From the NCBI GenBank assembly GCA_963822445.1, contig CAWGHO010000001.1:96001-160000 (forward strand): a stretch of 64,000 nucleotides of DNA, given 5' to 3'. The DNA is from an uncultured Acidobacteriota bacterium (GTDB lineage: Bacteria; Acidobacteriota; Thermoanaerobaculia; Gp7-AA8). The position numbers and the translations under genes were made by a program. The notes below the pieces were generated by a model that had not been told where the DNA came from, made no database searches, and was given only the letters and a program-made list of their open reading frames with translations. This document shows, piece by piece, positions 28,169-41,051 of this stretch; positions within the stretch are counted from its first letter, which is position 1; each line of letters starts with the position of its first letter.

Positions 28169-30451
28169 TTAAGCCACGCGCACGACGACAAACGTGACGT
28201 CATCATTCGGCGCGCCCTCACCATTCCACTCCCGCGCCTTCGCGGCCAGCGACGCGATCACGTCATCCGCGGTCGCACCTTTCGCGGCCTCGGCAAACGC
28301 ATCCACCGTCGCGGTGTAGCCGAGCTGCTGTCCGGCTTCGTTCATCAGCTCCGGGAACCCATCGGTGAGGAACAGCACCGTATCGCCGGACTGCAGCTCG
28401 ACGTTGCTCTCGCCGTAATCCGTTCCGAGTGTTCCAAGGGGCGTCGCGCCGTGTGAAACCTCTTCGACTTCACCGGTCGCGCGCCGATGGACGAGTACCG
28501 GCGGCATGCCTGCCGAGGCGATCGTCAGGCGGCGTTTCTCGAAGCGGCCGAGCGAGAGGGCCATGGCCATGCGTCCGAGCTCCATCCGCTTGATCGTCTC
28601 CGCGGCGCTGCTGAGAAAGCTCGCCGGCGATGTGTCTCCCACGTACGCGGCGAAGAGTGTCTTCACCACCGTCACCATCGTGCCGGCCTTGGCGCCGTGA
28701 CCCGTCGCGTCGCCGACGGTCACCGACAGCACGTCGCCGAAGAGATGAAAGTCGTAGTAATCGCCGCCGACTTCGGTCGCCGTCTGAATGAACACCGCCA
28801 CGCCGTAGGCCTCGTGCTGCGGCACTTCCTTCGGCAGCATGGACAACTGGAAGCGCCGCGCGTCCTCGAGCTCGACCGACTTGCGCTCGTACTCGACCGC
28901 GAAAAGGCGCTGCTGCAACTCCTGTTCTTTGCGGGCCCGCTCCTGCTCGAGGAGCTTCTGCTGGTTGACGCTCAGGTCCTCGGCCATCCGATTGAACGCC
29001 CTCGCGAGCTGCCCCAGCTCGTTCTTGGTCTTCACCGGAAGGCGCGTCATCAGATCGCCGTGCGCGATGCGCTCCGCGCCGTCGGTCACGAGCTTGACGT
29101 CGCGGGTCAGGTGATTCGAGAGCGGCACGATGCCGATGAGCGCGAAGGCGATGAGCCCGAGTCCCAGCGCGAAGTTGCGCGCGGCCGTGTTTTTGAGATC
29201 GCCGAAGTTCTCGCCGACCGGGCGGGCCACGCCGATGCGCAGACCGCTCTGCGGATCGGTCGACGTCGACACGATCCAGCCCTCGATGCCCTTGACCGAG
29301 CGATTCTCGCGGATGCGCTTGGGAATCTGCAGGCGATCGAGGGTCTCGCGATGCGCGGGCGTGCGGGTGTAGACGTTGCCCTCACGATCGACGGCGAACG
29401 GGATCTCGCTGCCATCCTCGGTCGCGCTGCCGAGCACGCGCTGAATCACGTCCTCGGGGCTGACGCGCGCGGTGATCTGCCCGACCACTTCCCCCTTCTG
29501 CCGGACGGGCACGTTGTACTTCTTGCCGAGAATCAGCGAGGTGCGTTTGTCTGTCGCTTTCGTTCTCGCGGCGTCACTCGCCGTGCGCGCGCGAACGGCC
29601 GTCTGCGCGGCGGTGATCGCAGGCGCGACCGCCTCGGCGGCGGCCGGCGCGGGTGGCGCTGGCGGTGCCGGCTCTCCGCTCGCGACGCGACGGCGATCTT
29701 CCCGGGCGATGCGCTGCCGCTCACGAATGGTCGCGCGGTACTCGGCCATCGCCGCGCGCGACTGCGCCATCTGGGCTTCGTACTTCTTGCGATCCTCCTC
29801 GACGACTTCATTGAGCTTCTTCTGCACCGAGCGCAGTTCTTCTTCGACGTCGTCGCGCTCATCCTCGGGAAGGTTGAGATTGGCCATCTGCGAACCGAGA
29901 CGCGCGATCTCGTTGATCAGCTCATGCTGCTCTTCCGACATCACATGGCGCGGGATGGTCGGAGCTTCGGGAAGATCGATGACAAGAGGACGCTGCGGCA
30001 TCATCGGCGTGTGCATGGCGATGACCATGCGCGAGGAGTCCTGGGCCGGGATGTTGCCGTTCGCGTCGGGGTTCGGATTTGGATTCGGGTTCCCGCTCGA
30101 CTTCGCGGCCTTGCGATCGACCTCGGCGATGACGTGCGGCTCGGCGATGGGCTGAAACTCGAGCGCGTCGACGAAGCTCGCCGCCTCCCCCATCGCCGTG
30201 GCGATGTTGCCGGCATCGGGCGCGCCGGAGCTCGGGAGCGGCAGCGCGGAGACGAAGGTCATCCGCTGGTCGAGCTCGGCGCGGATCGCGCCGAGGCGGC
30301 GGTCCATCTGCTGGGTCAGGCGGTCGGCTTCGCGGCGGTACGCGGTCTCCAGGGCACGGCGCGACGAGTGGTACGAGTACGTCACGATCGCCGCGAGCGG
30401 AACGACCGCGAGCACAAACGCCGCGAGGATGAGCTGGGTCCGGATCCGCAT
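28169..30451 (-). CDS. Membrane SpoIIE/PP2C phosphatase with HAMP domain
   Basis: NELGQLARAFNRMA; VGGDYYD, GDATGHG, TDG and DDVT. Confidence 0.9.
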   Translation of the reverse strand: MRIRTQLILAAFVLAVVPLAAIVTYSYHSSRRALETAYRREADRLTQQMDRRLGAIRAELDQRMTFVSALPLPSSGAPDAGNIATAMGEAASFVDALEFQPIAEPHVIAEVDRKAAKSSGNPNPNPNPDANGNIPAQDSSRMVIAMHTPMMPQRPLVIDLPEAPTIPRHVMSEEQHELINEIARLGSQMANLNLPEDERDDVEEELRSVQKKLNEVVEEDRKKYEAQMAQSRAAMAEYRATIRERQRIAREDRRRVASGEPAPPAPPAPAAAEAVAPAITAAQTAVRARTASDAARTKATDKRTSLILGKKYNVPVRQKGEVVGQITARVSPEDVIQRVLGSATEDGSEIPFAVDREGNVYTRTPAHRETLDRLQIPKRIRENRSVKGIEGWIVSTSTDPQSGLRIGVARPVGENFGDLKNTAARNFALGLGLIAFALIGIVPLSNHLTRDVKLVTDGAERIAHGDLMTRLPVKTKNELGQLARAFNRMAEDLSVNQQKLLEQERARKEQELQQRLFAVEYERKSVELEDARRFQLSMLPKEVPQHEAYGVAVFIQTATEVGGDYYDFHLFGDVLSVTVGDATGHGAKAGTMVTVVKTLFAAYVGDTSPASFLSSAAETIKRMELGRMAMALSLGRFEKRRLTIASAGMPPVLVHRRATGEVEEVSHGATPLGTLGTDYGESNVELQSGDTVLFLTDGFPELMNEAGQQLGYTATVDAFAEAAKGATADDVIASLAAKAREWNGEGAPNDDVTFVVVRVA

Positions 30452-30499
30452 CTGGTCGATGGTAAGACGAACGAAACTACGAAAAGTTTAGTGGAGGGT

Positions 30500-30526
30500 G
30501 TACGGCGGGCGGGACTCCCGCCGTAC
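30500..30526. repeat. Short palindrome (REP-like or terminator)
   Basis: gtacggcggg-N7-cccgccgtac immediately after the LRR gene stop. Confidence 0.55.
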
Positions 30527-30527
30527 G

Positions 30528-33500
30528 TCACTGCATCTTCACCACCGGATCCCCTGTCGCCATGTCCGTGACCACGAGGAACGGCACGATCGAGCCGTTC
30601 CCGCCGATCACTTCGAATTCGACCGTGAGGTCGTGCAGGTCGCCGTAACCGTCGCGCTCGGTGCCGGTGAAGGAGCGCAGCAGCTCGGGCAGGAGCACTT
30701 GCTGTCCGGGGCCGAGATGGAACGTGCGCGTCGTCGTCGCAGTGACCAGCGAGTAGCTTTCGCCGATCAGGATGCGCGCCCGAACGGATACCGGCACGCC
30801 GCTCGTCTCGACGAGGCCGTAGCTCGTGCGGAAGGCCGTCGAGTCCTCGATGCTGGAGAAGACCTGGGATTGGCCGAGGCGGAGGCCCTGGGTCGCGGCG
30901 ACGACGGGGATGGCCGTGCCGAAGCTCCCGTAGTGCGAGCGCGCGGTGACGATCACCGAGCCGCGAATGGGAATGACCACAACGTGTGCAGTCGCTGCCG
31001 AGGTGGTTCCTCCGACATCGGGCAAGGTGATGGTCGTGCGCGGGGCGACGGTGATCGCACGCTCCGAGACGCCGCCGGTTGCGCCGACAACCTGCAGCGT
31101 CGCCCGCGCCTCGGTGACCAGCGGATTGAAGATCACCAGATCCGTGGCCGCGCGTCCTGCGGGCAACGTTTCCGGTCCGATGTCCATGCTTCTGACGCCG
31201 CGCCTTTTCCCACCGCCCGTTCCACGCGCGTCCGCGAAGGGAACGCGCACCGCGTCATCGCCCGCGTATCCGTAGTACCGGCTCCAGTCGACGACGCTCC
31301 AGCTGTCGCCGGTCGCGGCGTTGGTGATGCGCGCGTACGCCGTGATCGCGCCCGGCCCGCCGTTCGTGATGATCGCCGTCGCCGCGTTCGCTGGAATCGC
31401 ACCGCGCAGCTCGAGCAATCCGTACCCGTTCACGTTCTCGCTCCGGGCGCTGCCGGCGGCGTTCCCACTCGCATCGAGAAATTCGATGGCCACGCGCGAC
31501 GGGCCTCCACCAGTCTCCTGCACGAACAGATCAGCGCCGGCGACGACACCGGTCAGATAAATGCGCTGGTCGGCGGCGAGGGAACGATCGGCGCGGAAAA
31601 CCGGAATCGCGCCGCTGTACGTCCCCGCATCCGTCACCGCCGTGACCTTGGCCTCGGTGGCGATGCTCGCCCACTTCTGGCTGCGGATCTGGAGCGTGCC
31701 GACGCCGTTGGTGACGCCGTAGATATTCGCGGCGAGGTTGACGAAGTTCACCGATTCCGAGGTGCGCAAGGGCTGCAGCGAAGCGATGCTCGTTGCGGCG
31801 CCGCTCGAGAAATACAGCTTGAGATCGCCGATCGCGTTTCCGCTGAACGCATTCACCAGCGACACGTCGGAGCGCGCGTTGCCGCGATTGGCGATTCCGG
31901 GGATGAACAGCGGCATCTCGCCGGCGTTCAATCCGGGGATCGAGCCCGGCGTCACCGGCACCTTGGTCGTGTCGATGATGGTGACCTTCGAGACCGAGAC
32001 GCCGGTCGTGCCGTCGTGGAAATCGATCTTCGCCGCAGTCCCGCCGTCGACGTAAACGAGACTCAGATTCGCGGTGAGTGCACCGTCGGCGCCGGCGGGC
32101 CGCTTCGAGCGAACGATGCGGAAGTTGACCGAGCCGACGGTGCCGGGCGCGATCCGGATCGGCAGTGGATCGGGCACGACCCAGGGTTGGTCGGAGACGA
32201 CGATGCCCGTCAGCTCCGCGGTGCCGGTGTTGCGGAACTGGGCGATGCCGACCGAGTCCGAGCCGGGCTCGCCGGCGAGCTCGATGGTCGTCGTGACAGG
32301 TTGGGCCACGACCGTCCCCTCGGGTCGCTTGACCGAAAGAAGAACGGTGCTGACGGCCAGATCCTTCGCCGTCCCTTCGCCATGAATGAGGATGTAGGCG
32401 TAGTACGTGCCGGGCGGTTGAGGCGTCGTCTTGATGGCGATGGTGCGGCTCGCGCCGCCGGCGATGGCGAACTGCTTCGGCTCGAGGGTGAAGTACGCGT
32501 CGTCCGCGTGCTCGAGCGTGATGTCGGTGGGAAGATCGCCGAAGTTCGTCAGCGTGAAGCGATCCGCGACGACTTCCAAGCCATCGATCTGGACCGATCC
32601 TTCCGGTTGCTCGCTCACCACCACCTCGGCCGGCGCGACCACGCGCGGTTTGGTCCTCCCCTGCACGGCCGCGGACCGCTCGCTGATGACGAGGTTCTCC
32701 TGCTGGGAAACCGGATGCGACACGGTCGCCACCGTGAAGTAATAAGTGGTGTCCGGCTCGAGATTGCGGACCGTGACCGTGTTCTCAGACTTACTGATCG
32801 TCGTAGCCACGGCTGCCGCCGGACCGCCGGGAGTCTTCGACGCCACGACCTGATAGCCGCCGCCGTAGTAGTACCAGCGGATCGGCGTGAGGCTGAAGGT
32901 TGCGCTGCGATCGGTCGTCTCGACCAGCCGGAAGTTCGCCGGCATCACGGTCTGCGTGGCCTCGAAGTCGCCGTCGCCATGCTTGAGATTCACGAACGCG
33001 CGAACCGCTGGATCGTTCGAGTACAGCGCGTTGTACGCAAAGTCGGAGCTATGGTCCACGAGGCCGGTCATGCGCGTGATCTCGCTCGGGATTGGCCCTT
33101 CGAGCTTGTTGAACGACACCCCCAGGTACTGCAGCGCCGTCAGCTCGCCGAATTCGCGCGGAATCGGTCCGCTGAAGTGATTGCAGCAGAGACTGAGGTT
33201 GTAGGCCTTCTTCAGCTTCGCGAGCTCTTTCGGAAGCGGACCGTCGAAGTCGTTCTCGCCGATGGAGAGGAATTCGAGATTGGCCATGTTCCCCATCTCC
33301 GGCGGCAACGGGCCGGAGAAGGCATTGTTGACCAGCACGAGGAAGGTGAGATTCGTCAGCGAGCCGATGCTGCGAGGCAAAGGACCGCTGAGCTGGTTGT
33401 GGCCGACGACGAGGTAGACCAGGTTCCCGAGGCGGCTGAAATCGATGAGCGGACCGGTGAGCTGGTTCTCGCTGACGTCGAGGTAGTTCAGGTTCTCGAG

Positions 33501-34910
33501 TGCTGACAAGCCCGCAGGCAGCGGGCCTTCGAAGCGGTTGACGTTGACGAAGAAATCGGTGAGCTGGGTCCACTCGCCGATCCAGCTCGGGAGGTTTCCG
33601 CTGAGCTGGTTATCGGTCACCGTGAACTGCGTCACGTTGCTCAGCTTGCGGAACGTCTCCGGGATCGTCCCCGTGAGCCGGTTGGCGTTGAGGGAGACGA
33701 TCCGCAGCTTGACGAGATCGCCGAGTTGCGGCGGGATGGTGCCTTCGAGCTCGTTCGCGTAGAGCGAGAGGTACTCCAGATTCGCGAGCGCTCCGAGCTC
33801 CTGCGGAATCGGACCGGTCAGTTTGTTGCGGGCGAGATCGATCTCGCGCAGGTTCGCCAGCCCCGAGAGGCCGGGCGGAATCGAGCCCTCGAGCTGGTTG
33901 GACTGCAGCTCGAGCCTTTCGAGCGCCGCCATCTGGCCCAGTTCCGTGGGGATGGTGCCGGTGAGGGCGTTCGAGGAGAGCCAGAGAGTGTGCAGCTTCT
34001 TCAGATTGCCGAGCTCGCGCGGGAGGGACCCTGTGAATTCGTTGTCGCCGAGGAGCGCTTCTTCGAGGTTCGTCAGCCGCGCAATCGGCTGAATTGATCC
34101 TGTAAAGGCGTTGTCGGTGAGGTCGAGCGTTTTCAGGCTGGCCAGATCGCCGATGAAGTCGGGAAGCGGCCCGTCGAGCTGATTCACTTCGAGATCGAGG
34201 TCTTCCAGCGCGCGCAGCTTGCTGAAGGTCACCGGCAGCGGTCCGGTGAGCTGGTTGTAGCCGGCGCGAAAGGTGATCAGGGACGACAGGTTGCCGAGGG
34301 ATGAAGGGAGCGAGCCTTCGAGAAAGTTGTCGCCCACCGTCAGAAGTTCGAGCTTCGACAGCGATCCGAGCGCCGCGGGGATCTCGCCGCTGAGCAGATT
34401 CAACGTCAGGTTGAGCGCCTTCAGCTCTCTGAGATTCGCAAACGACGCCGGGATCTCACCTTCGAAATAGTTCTGCGAGAGTCCCAGTTCGACGAGCGCG
34501 GCCAGGTCTCCCAGCGCATCGGGCAGCTGGCCCTCGAACTGGTTGGCGTCGAGGTAGAGGATCTCGAGCTGCTTCAGTGCGCCGAACGACGCAGGGAGCT
34601 CGCCGCGAAGCTGATTGCCCGCGAACTGCAGCGACCGCACTTTCGAAAGGTTGCCGAGCGACGCCGGTAACGTCCCGTCGAGATTGTTGTAGTACAGGCT
34701 GAGATCGATGACGTTCGACTCCGTCTCGTCGCAGGTCACGCCGTACCAGTCGCACTCGGGCTCGTTGGAGAGCCACTTCGCGTTCTCGGTCCAGCTCGGG
34801 CCGTTGGTGGATTGATAGAGGTCGACGAGCGCGGAGCGCTCCGCGGAGGGAATGGCGGCGCTCGCGCCGGCTGCGATCAGCAGCGCGCAGGCGAGGACGA
34901 GGTGGCGCAT
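30528..34910 (-). CDS. Large secreted leucine-rich repeat protein with FN3/Ig-like C-terminal domains
   Basis: N-cap CDWYGVTC; more than 20 24-residue LxxLxLxxNxLxGxIP repeats; NLEPDTTYYFTV. Confidence 0.9.
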   Translation of the reverse strand: MRHLVLACALLIAAGASAAIPSAERSALVDLYQSTNGPSWTENAKWLSNEPECDWYGVTCDETESNVIDLSLYYNNLDGTLPASLGNLSKVRSLQFAGNQLRGELPASFGALKQLEILYLDANQFEGQLPDALGDLAALVELGLSQNYFEGEIPASFANLRELKALNLTLNLLSGEIPAALGSLSKLELLTVGDNFLEGSLPSSLGNLSSLITFRAGYNQLTGPLPVTFSKLRALEDLDLEVNQLDGPLPDFIGDLASLKTLDLTDNAFTGSIQPIARLTNLEEALLGDNEFTGSLPRELGNLKKLHTLWLSSNALTGTIPTELGQMAALERLELQSNQLEGSIPPGLSGLANLREIDLARNKLTGPIPQELGALANLEYLSLYANELEGTIPPQLGDLVKLRIVSLNANRLTGTIPETFRKLSNVTQFTVTDNQLSGNLPSWIGEWTQLTDFFVNVNRFEGPLPAGLSALENLNYLDVSENQLTGPLIDFSRLGNLVYLVVGHNQLSGPLPRSIGSLTNLTFLVLVNNAFSGPLPPEMGNMANLEFLSIGENDFDGPLPKELAKLKKAYNLSLCCNHFSGPIPREFGELTALQYLGVSFNKLEGPIPSEITRMTGLVDHSSDFAYNALYSNDPAVRAFVNLKHGDGDFEATQTVMPANFRLVETTDRSATFSLTPIRWYYYGGGYQVVASKTPGGPAAAVATTISKSENTVTVRNLEPDTTYYFTVATVSHPVSQQENLVISERSAAVQGRTKPRVVAPAEVVVSEQPEGSVQIDGLEVVADRFTLTNFGDLPTDITLEHADDAYFTLEPKQFAIAGGASRTIAIKTTPQPPGTYYAYILIHGEGTAKDLAVSTVLLSVKRPEGTVVAQPVTTTIELAGEPGSDSVGIAQFRNTGTAELTGIVVSDQPWVVPDPLPIRIAPGTVGSVNFRIVRSKRPAGADGALTANLSLVYVDGGTAAKIDFHDGTTGVSVSKVTIIDTTKVPVTPGSIPGLNAGEMPLFIPGIANRGNARSDVSLVNAFSGNAIGDLKLYFSSGAATSIASLQPLRTSESVNFVNLAANIYGVTNGVGTLQIRSQKWASIATEAKVTAVTDAGTYSGAIPVFRADRSLAADQRIYLTGVVAGADLFVQETGGGPSRVAIEFLDASGNAAGSARSENVNGYGLLELRGAIPANAATAIITNGGPGAITAYARITNAATGDSWSVVDWSRYYGYAGDDAVRVPFADARGTGGGKRRGVRSMDIGPETLPAGRAATDLVIFNPLVTEARATLQVVGATGGVSERAITVAPRTTITLPDVGGTTSAATAHVVVIPIRGSVIVTARSHYGSFGTAIPVVAATQGLRLGQSQVFSSIEDSTAFRTSYGLVETSGVPVSVRARILIGESYSLVTATTTRTFHLGPGQQVLLPELLRSFTGTERDGYGDLHDLTVEFEVIGGNGSIVPFLVVTDMATGDPVVKMQ

Positions 34911-34936
34911 GGAGTGAGTATACGAGCGGGGGCAAA

Positions 34937-35025
34937 TGGAGTGCGGCGGCTCTGCCGCCGCTTTCTCAGCGCGCGGAGCGCGCCTCCGGCGCTTGTTAAA
35001 GCGGCGGCAGAGCCGCCGCACTCCA
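34937..35025. repeat. REP-doublet-like element (GGAGTGCGGCGGC family)
   Basis: Perfect 28-bp inverted arms, each with an internal gcggcggc/gccgccgc palindrome. A partial TCAGCAAC array abuts it at 35025-35045. Confidence 0.85.
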
Positions 35026-35047
35026 ACTCAGCAACCGAGCAACCCAT

Positions 35048-36196
35048 TTACGTCCACTCCTCCCGCCCCGTCCGCCCCTTCCCCGGATTCCGCGAGTTCT
35101 TCCGGCGATCGACGTCCGGCACGACCACCTCGCGATGCGGGCGGGTGCGCTCGAACTCCTCGACGAAGCGCACCGCCTCATCGATCACGTCGTCCCATGA
35201 CGTAGGCAGAGGCGCGGCGGCGCGGAGGCGCTCGCAATGCGCGCGGTATTCGTCGCAGCGATGCAGGGCTTCGCTGAAACGGGCGCGGACGGTGTCGTCG
35301 TGCATCACCCGGCGGGCGATGAAGGTCTGCAGATCGGGGATGCGCTCGATGTGGCTGCAGAAGAGGATCACGTCGTTGCCGGCCATCAGCGCGAGCTCGG
35401 AGATTTCTTCGTACGAGCCGAGGTCGGAGACCGCGTGCATTTCCATGTCGTCGCTGATGGCGACGCCGTCGAAGGCGATGAAGTTGCGAAGCAGATCGGT
35501 GGTCATCCGCCAGCTGAGCGTCGCCGGCAGATCGGGCTCGTCGATCTGCGGATACGTGCCGTGGCCGATCATGATCGCGCCGGCGCGGTTGCCGAGCTTC
35601 TGAAACGGCACCAGGTCGTGCTCGACGAGGTGCGTCACCGGCACGTCGATCACGGTGGCGCCGTAGTGCGGATCCGCATTTCCGTAGCCGATGCCCGGCC
35701 AGTGTTTGAGACACGTCGCGACGCCCGCTTCGTGATGGCCGTCCATGAACGCGCCGGCGAGCTCGATGACCGTCTGCGGATCGGCGCCGAACGTTCGCCG
35801 CTCCAGCCCTTTCGGCGCGGCCGTTCCGCGGATGTCGACGACCGGCGCGAGATTGATCTCGATGTCGAAGTAACGCAGGGCCATCCCGATGACTTTGCCG
35901 AACCACTTCGACATCTCGACGGGCTGTTCCCCTTCGCCGAACGATTCCGCGCTGGGCAATCCCGGAACGAGGTGCCGCAGGCGATCGACGCGCCCGCCCT
36001 CTTCATCGATCATGAACAACGGCGGCCGCGACGAGATGCTCTTCACCTCGGCCACGAGATCGCGGAGCTGGTCCGCCGTGCCAATGTTCCGGCCGAAAAG
36101 CACGACGGCGTAGGGGCTCGACTCGAGCAGAATGCGCCGCTCGAGGTCGGTTAAGACCTTGCCGGTGAGACCGATACCGTAAATATCAGGCCGCAT
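35048..36196 (-). CDS. nagZ: Beta-N-acetylhexosaminidase (GH3)
   Basis: IDEEGGRVDR, KHWPGIG...DPH and SDDMEM. Confidence 0.9.
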   Translation of the reverse strand: MRPDIYGIGLTGKVLTDLERRILLESSPYAVVLFGRNIGTADQLRDLVAEVKSISSRPPLFMIDEEGGRVDRLRHLVPGLPSAESFGEGEQPVEMSKWFGKVIGMALRYFDIEINLAPVVDIRGTAAPKGLERRTFGADPQTVIELAGAFMDGHHEAGVATCLKHWPGIGYGNADPHYGATVIDVPVTHLVEHDLVPFQKLGNRAGAIMIGHGTYPQIDEPDLPATLSWRMTTDLLRNFIAFDGVAISDDMEMHAVSDLGSYEEISELALMAGNDVILFCSHIERIPDLQTFIARRVMHDDTVRARFSEALHRCDEYRAHCERLRAAAPLPTSWDDVIDEAVRFVEEFERTRPHREVVVPDVDRRKNSRNPGKGRTGREEWT

Positions 36197-38309
36197 TGCT
36201 GTTGCGCATCGTAGCAAACGGCCAGCCGACTCCTCCGATGCTGAGCAGGGCGAGCGCCGCAATCGTCCCGATGAGGCTCAAATAGAAGGTCATCGGCACA
36301 TACCGGACGACGACACGGTGGCGTCCGGCAGGGACATCAAACGCGATGAACGTGCCGTGAAGTTTCGTCAGCGGCACGCGCTCGCCATCGACGGTCACGC
36401 GCCACCCTGGCGCGAAGACCTGACTCGATTCGATGCGCGTCCGTTTTGCCGCGTCGATGTCGAACTCGAGACGCGCCGGTGATTTCTGCGCGATCGTGCC
36501 GATCCGGGCGTCGCCGAAGAAATGGCGATTCCAGCGCGCGGCTTCGAAGAGTTTTCCATCGGGACCCTCGTAGCGCAGCAGCCATGACGGCGATGGCGTG
36601 ACGGCCGGATCGGTGAGCAGGAAGCGGACGCCGAGGAAGGCGAGCTCGGGGCGATCGAGATCCTGGATGCGGCGGACGTCGCTCGTGTCCTGCACGGCGA
36701 TGCGCTCGAAGAATTGCGAGTACGAGCTCAGCGCCATCGGATCGCTGCCGCGGATGTCCTCGAATCCGTATTGCGCCGCGGCGTTGGGAAGGAACGTCCA
36801 GTCGTGACCGGCGATGCGCGATGGCTCGCCGCGCGAATGAGTCGCCAGCGCGTCGAGGATGCGCAGCTTCGGTCGATACCAGCCGCTGTTGGTGAGCGCG
36901 TTGAAGCCGGCGTTGAAAGCGAAGAGCTCGACGAGGATCGCCACGGCGGCCGCGGCCGGTCGTGCGCGGCCGAGCCAGAAGATCAGCAGGGCGATCACAC
37001 CGAAGCTCGTCGACCAGCCGAGGGTGACGTTCCATTTGGCGTCGAGCAGCCAGATTGCGGCGACGCAAACAAGTAGCGAGGCGAAGGCGATCGGAAGCAG
37101 GCGCAGACGATCGACGGTGCGCGCGGCGACGATGCCGGTGAAGAAGGCGATGACGAAGCGGAGGCGGTCGTTGGCCATCAGATTCAACGGCGGAATGGAG
37201 TTGATCGTGCGGCCGATCAGCGTCCAGTTCATGGCCACGAGGAAGAGCACGACGATCGCGACGAGAAGAATCACATCGCGCCGTTTGGGCCGCGAGAAAG
37301 GCGTCGCCAGAAGCAACGACAGCGGCAGCAGTCCCAGGTAGGTCGGGGCGACGATCGAGTAGTTGTAGATCCATTGCCACGTGCCGCGCGCCGGGTTGCC
37401 GAAGCCGTCGGGGTTGAGCAGCAGCCAGGCGAATGCAGTCGGGTATGGCGGATGGGTCACGCCGTGGAGTGTCGCCGCGCGGGTACTGAGCAGGGCCTGT
37501 TCTACGACGGGAACCCAGGCCGGCGCAGCAAGCAGCAGTCCGATCAACGCCGCCTTGAAAGGCCGCCAGGAAAACGGCGCCATGCCGATGAGAATGGCGA
37601 TCCCGATGTGCACCGCGCTTTCGGGATGCCCGCCACTCGCCGCCGCGGCGGTGATGATCGCGAGGAGCACGGTCCAGCGATGCCGCCCATCGCGCACACA
37701 TCCGCGCACCGCAAACGCGGCCGCGGGAAGCAGCGCGCTGACGCTGGTCATCGGGTAGTAGAGATAGACGGTCTGGAACACCGAGAAAGCGAAGATCGCG
37801 CTGCCGAACAGCGCCGCTGCCGGCGACACCTCTTCATCGCGGAGGAACAGGTAGCCGAAGAGCAACGCGACAAAGAGCTTCAGCCCGGCCATGGCTACGA
37901 GCTGCTTGGGCAACGCGACGAACAGCGTCGCCAGAAAGAGCGGCCCGAACGGCGCGGACTGGCCGTTGCCGAGGAGCGGATAGCCGGAGAACTGGTGGGG
38001 ATTCCAGAGCGGCAGTGTTCCCGCGGCCAGCTGCTCCCGCACGACCTGCATCCACGGCAGGATCTGCTTCACCGTGTCGTTCGTGAGCGGATTGCGCGCT
38101 TCGCTCACGCCGAGCACGCCGCGATACGGATAGCCGCGCATCACTTCGTCCAAAGGCACCGGCACTTTTTTCGTGAAGACCGCGCCGTGAAGAAATGCGA
38201 GCGTGAGGATCATCGCCAGCCCGGCGATCGACCAGGGAAGCGGTGCGTACCAGCGACGGATCGCGAGGACGATCAGGAGCGCGGGGAGGAGGATGCCGGC
38301 TAGAACCAT
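36186..38309 (-). CDS. YfhO-family membrane glycosyltransferase-like protein
   Basis: LPLWNPHQFSGYPL; many TM segments; PGWRVTVDG...VPAGRHRV. Confidence 0.85.
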   Translation of the reverse strand: MVLAGILLPALLIVLAIRRWYAPLPWSIAGLAMILTLAFLHGAVFTKKVPVPLDEVMRGYPYRGVLGVSEARNPLTNDTVKQILPWMQVVREQLAAGTLPLWNPHQFSGYPLLGNGQSAPFGPLFLATLFVALPKQLVAMAGLKLFVALLFGYLFLRDEEVSPAAALFGSAIFAFSVFQTVYLYYPMTSVSALLPAAAFAVRGCVRDGRHRWTVLLAIITAAAASGGHPESAVHIGIAILIGMAPFSWRPFKAALIGLLLAAPAWVPVVEQALLSTRAATLHGVTHPPYPTAFAWLLLNPDGFGNPARGTWQWIYNYSIVAPTYLGLLPLSLLLATPFSRPKRRDVILLVAIVVLFLVAMNWTLIGRTINSIPPLNLMANDRLRFVIAFFTGIVAARTVDRLRLLPIAFASLLVCVAAIWLLDAKWNVTLGWSTSFGVIALLIFWLGRARPAAAAVAILVELFAFNAGFNALTNSGWYRPKLRILDALATHSRGEPSRIAGHDWTFLPNAAAQYGFEDIRGSDPMALSSYSQFFERIAVQDTSDVRRIQDLDRPELAFLGVRFLLTDPAVTPSPSWLLRYEGPDGKLFEAARWNRHFFGDARIGTIAQKSPARLEFDIDAAKRTRIESSQVFAPGWRVTVDGERVPLTKLHGTFIAFDVPAGRHRVVVRYVPMTFYLSLIGTIAALALLSIGGVGWPFATMRNSNAA

Positions 38310-38389
38310 AGTCGTTAGTCGTTAGTGGTTAGTCGTTAGTAGAAACCATCGCCACGTCCTACTAACGACTAACCACTAACGACTAACGA

Positions 38390-38392
<3 letters not shown>
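38309..38392. repeat. Inverted tandem-heptamer hairpin (GTCGTTA x4 / TAACGAC x4)
   Basis: Perfect 34-bp arms including the variant GTGGTTA/TAACCAC; fills the whole mutS-yfhO gap. Confidence 0.92.
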
Positions 38393-40969
<2,577 letters not shown>

Positions 40970-40973
40970 GATT

Positions 40974-41051
40974 CGGTAGGCGGTTTGCGGTAGGCGGTAT
41001 GCGGGGGGGGACGGCTTCCACCGCCTACTGCCTACCGCCTACTGCCTACCG
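40974..41051. repeat. Inverted tandem-heptamer hairpin (CGGTAGG x4 / CCTACCG x4)
   Basis: 4+4 units; the right arm encodes the last codons and stop of the 41032-41376 ORF. Confidence 0.88.

Noticed and set aside
30066-30092. NPNPNPNP-coding hexamer repeat in the PP2C gene
   Set aside because: It is codon-phased with synonymous variation, so it is a protein low-complexity linker unrelated to the heptamer/octamer elements.
30498-33506. 1002-aa plus-strand ORF and other long antisense ORFs (e.g. 7841-9514, 28487-30571, 38516-39868)
   Set aside because: These are shadow ORFs opposite well-supported genes, as expected in high-GC DNA, and carry no recognisable motifs.
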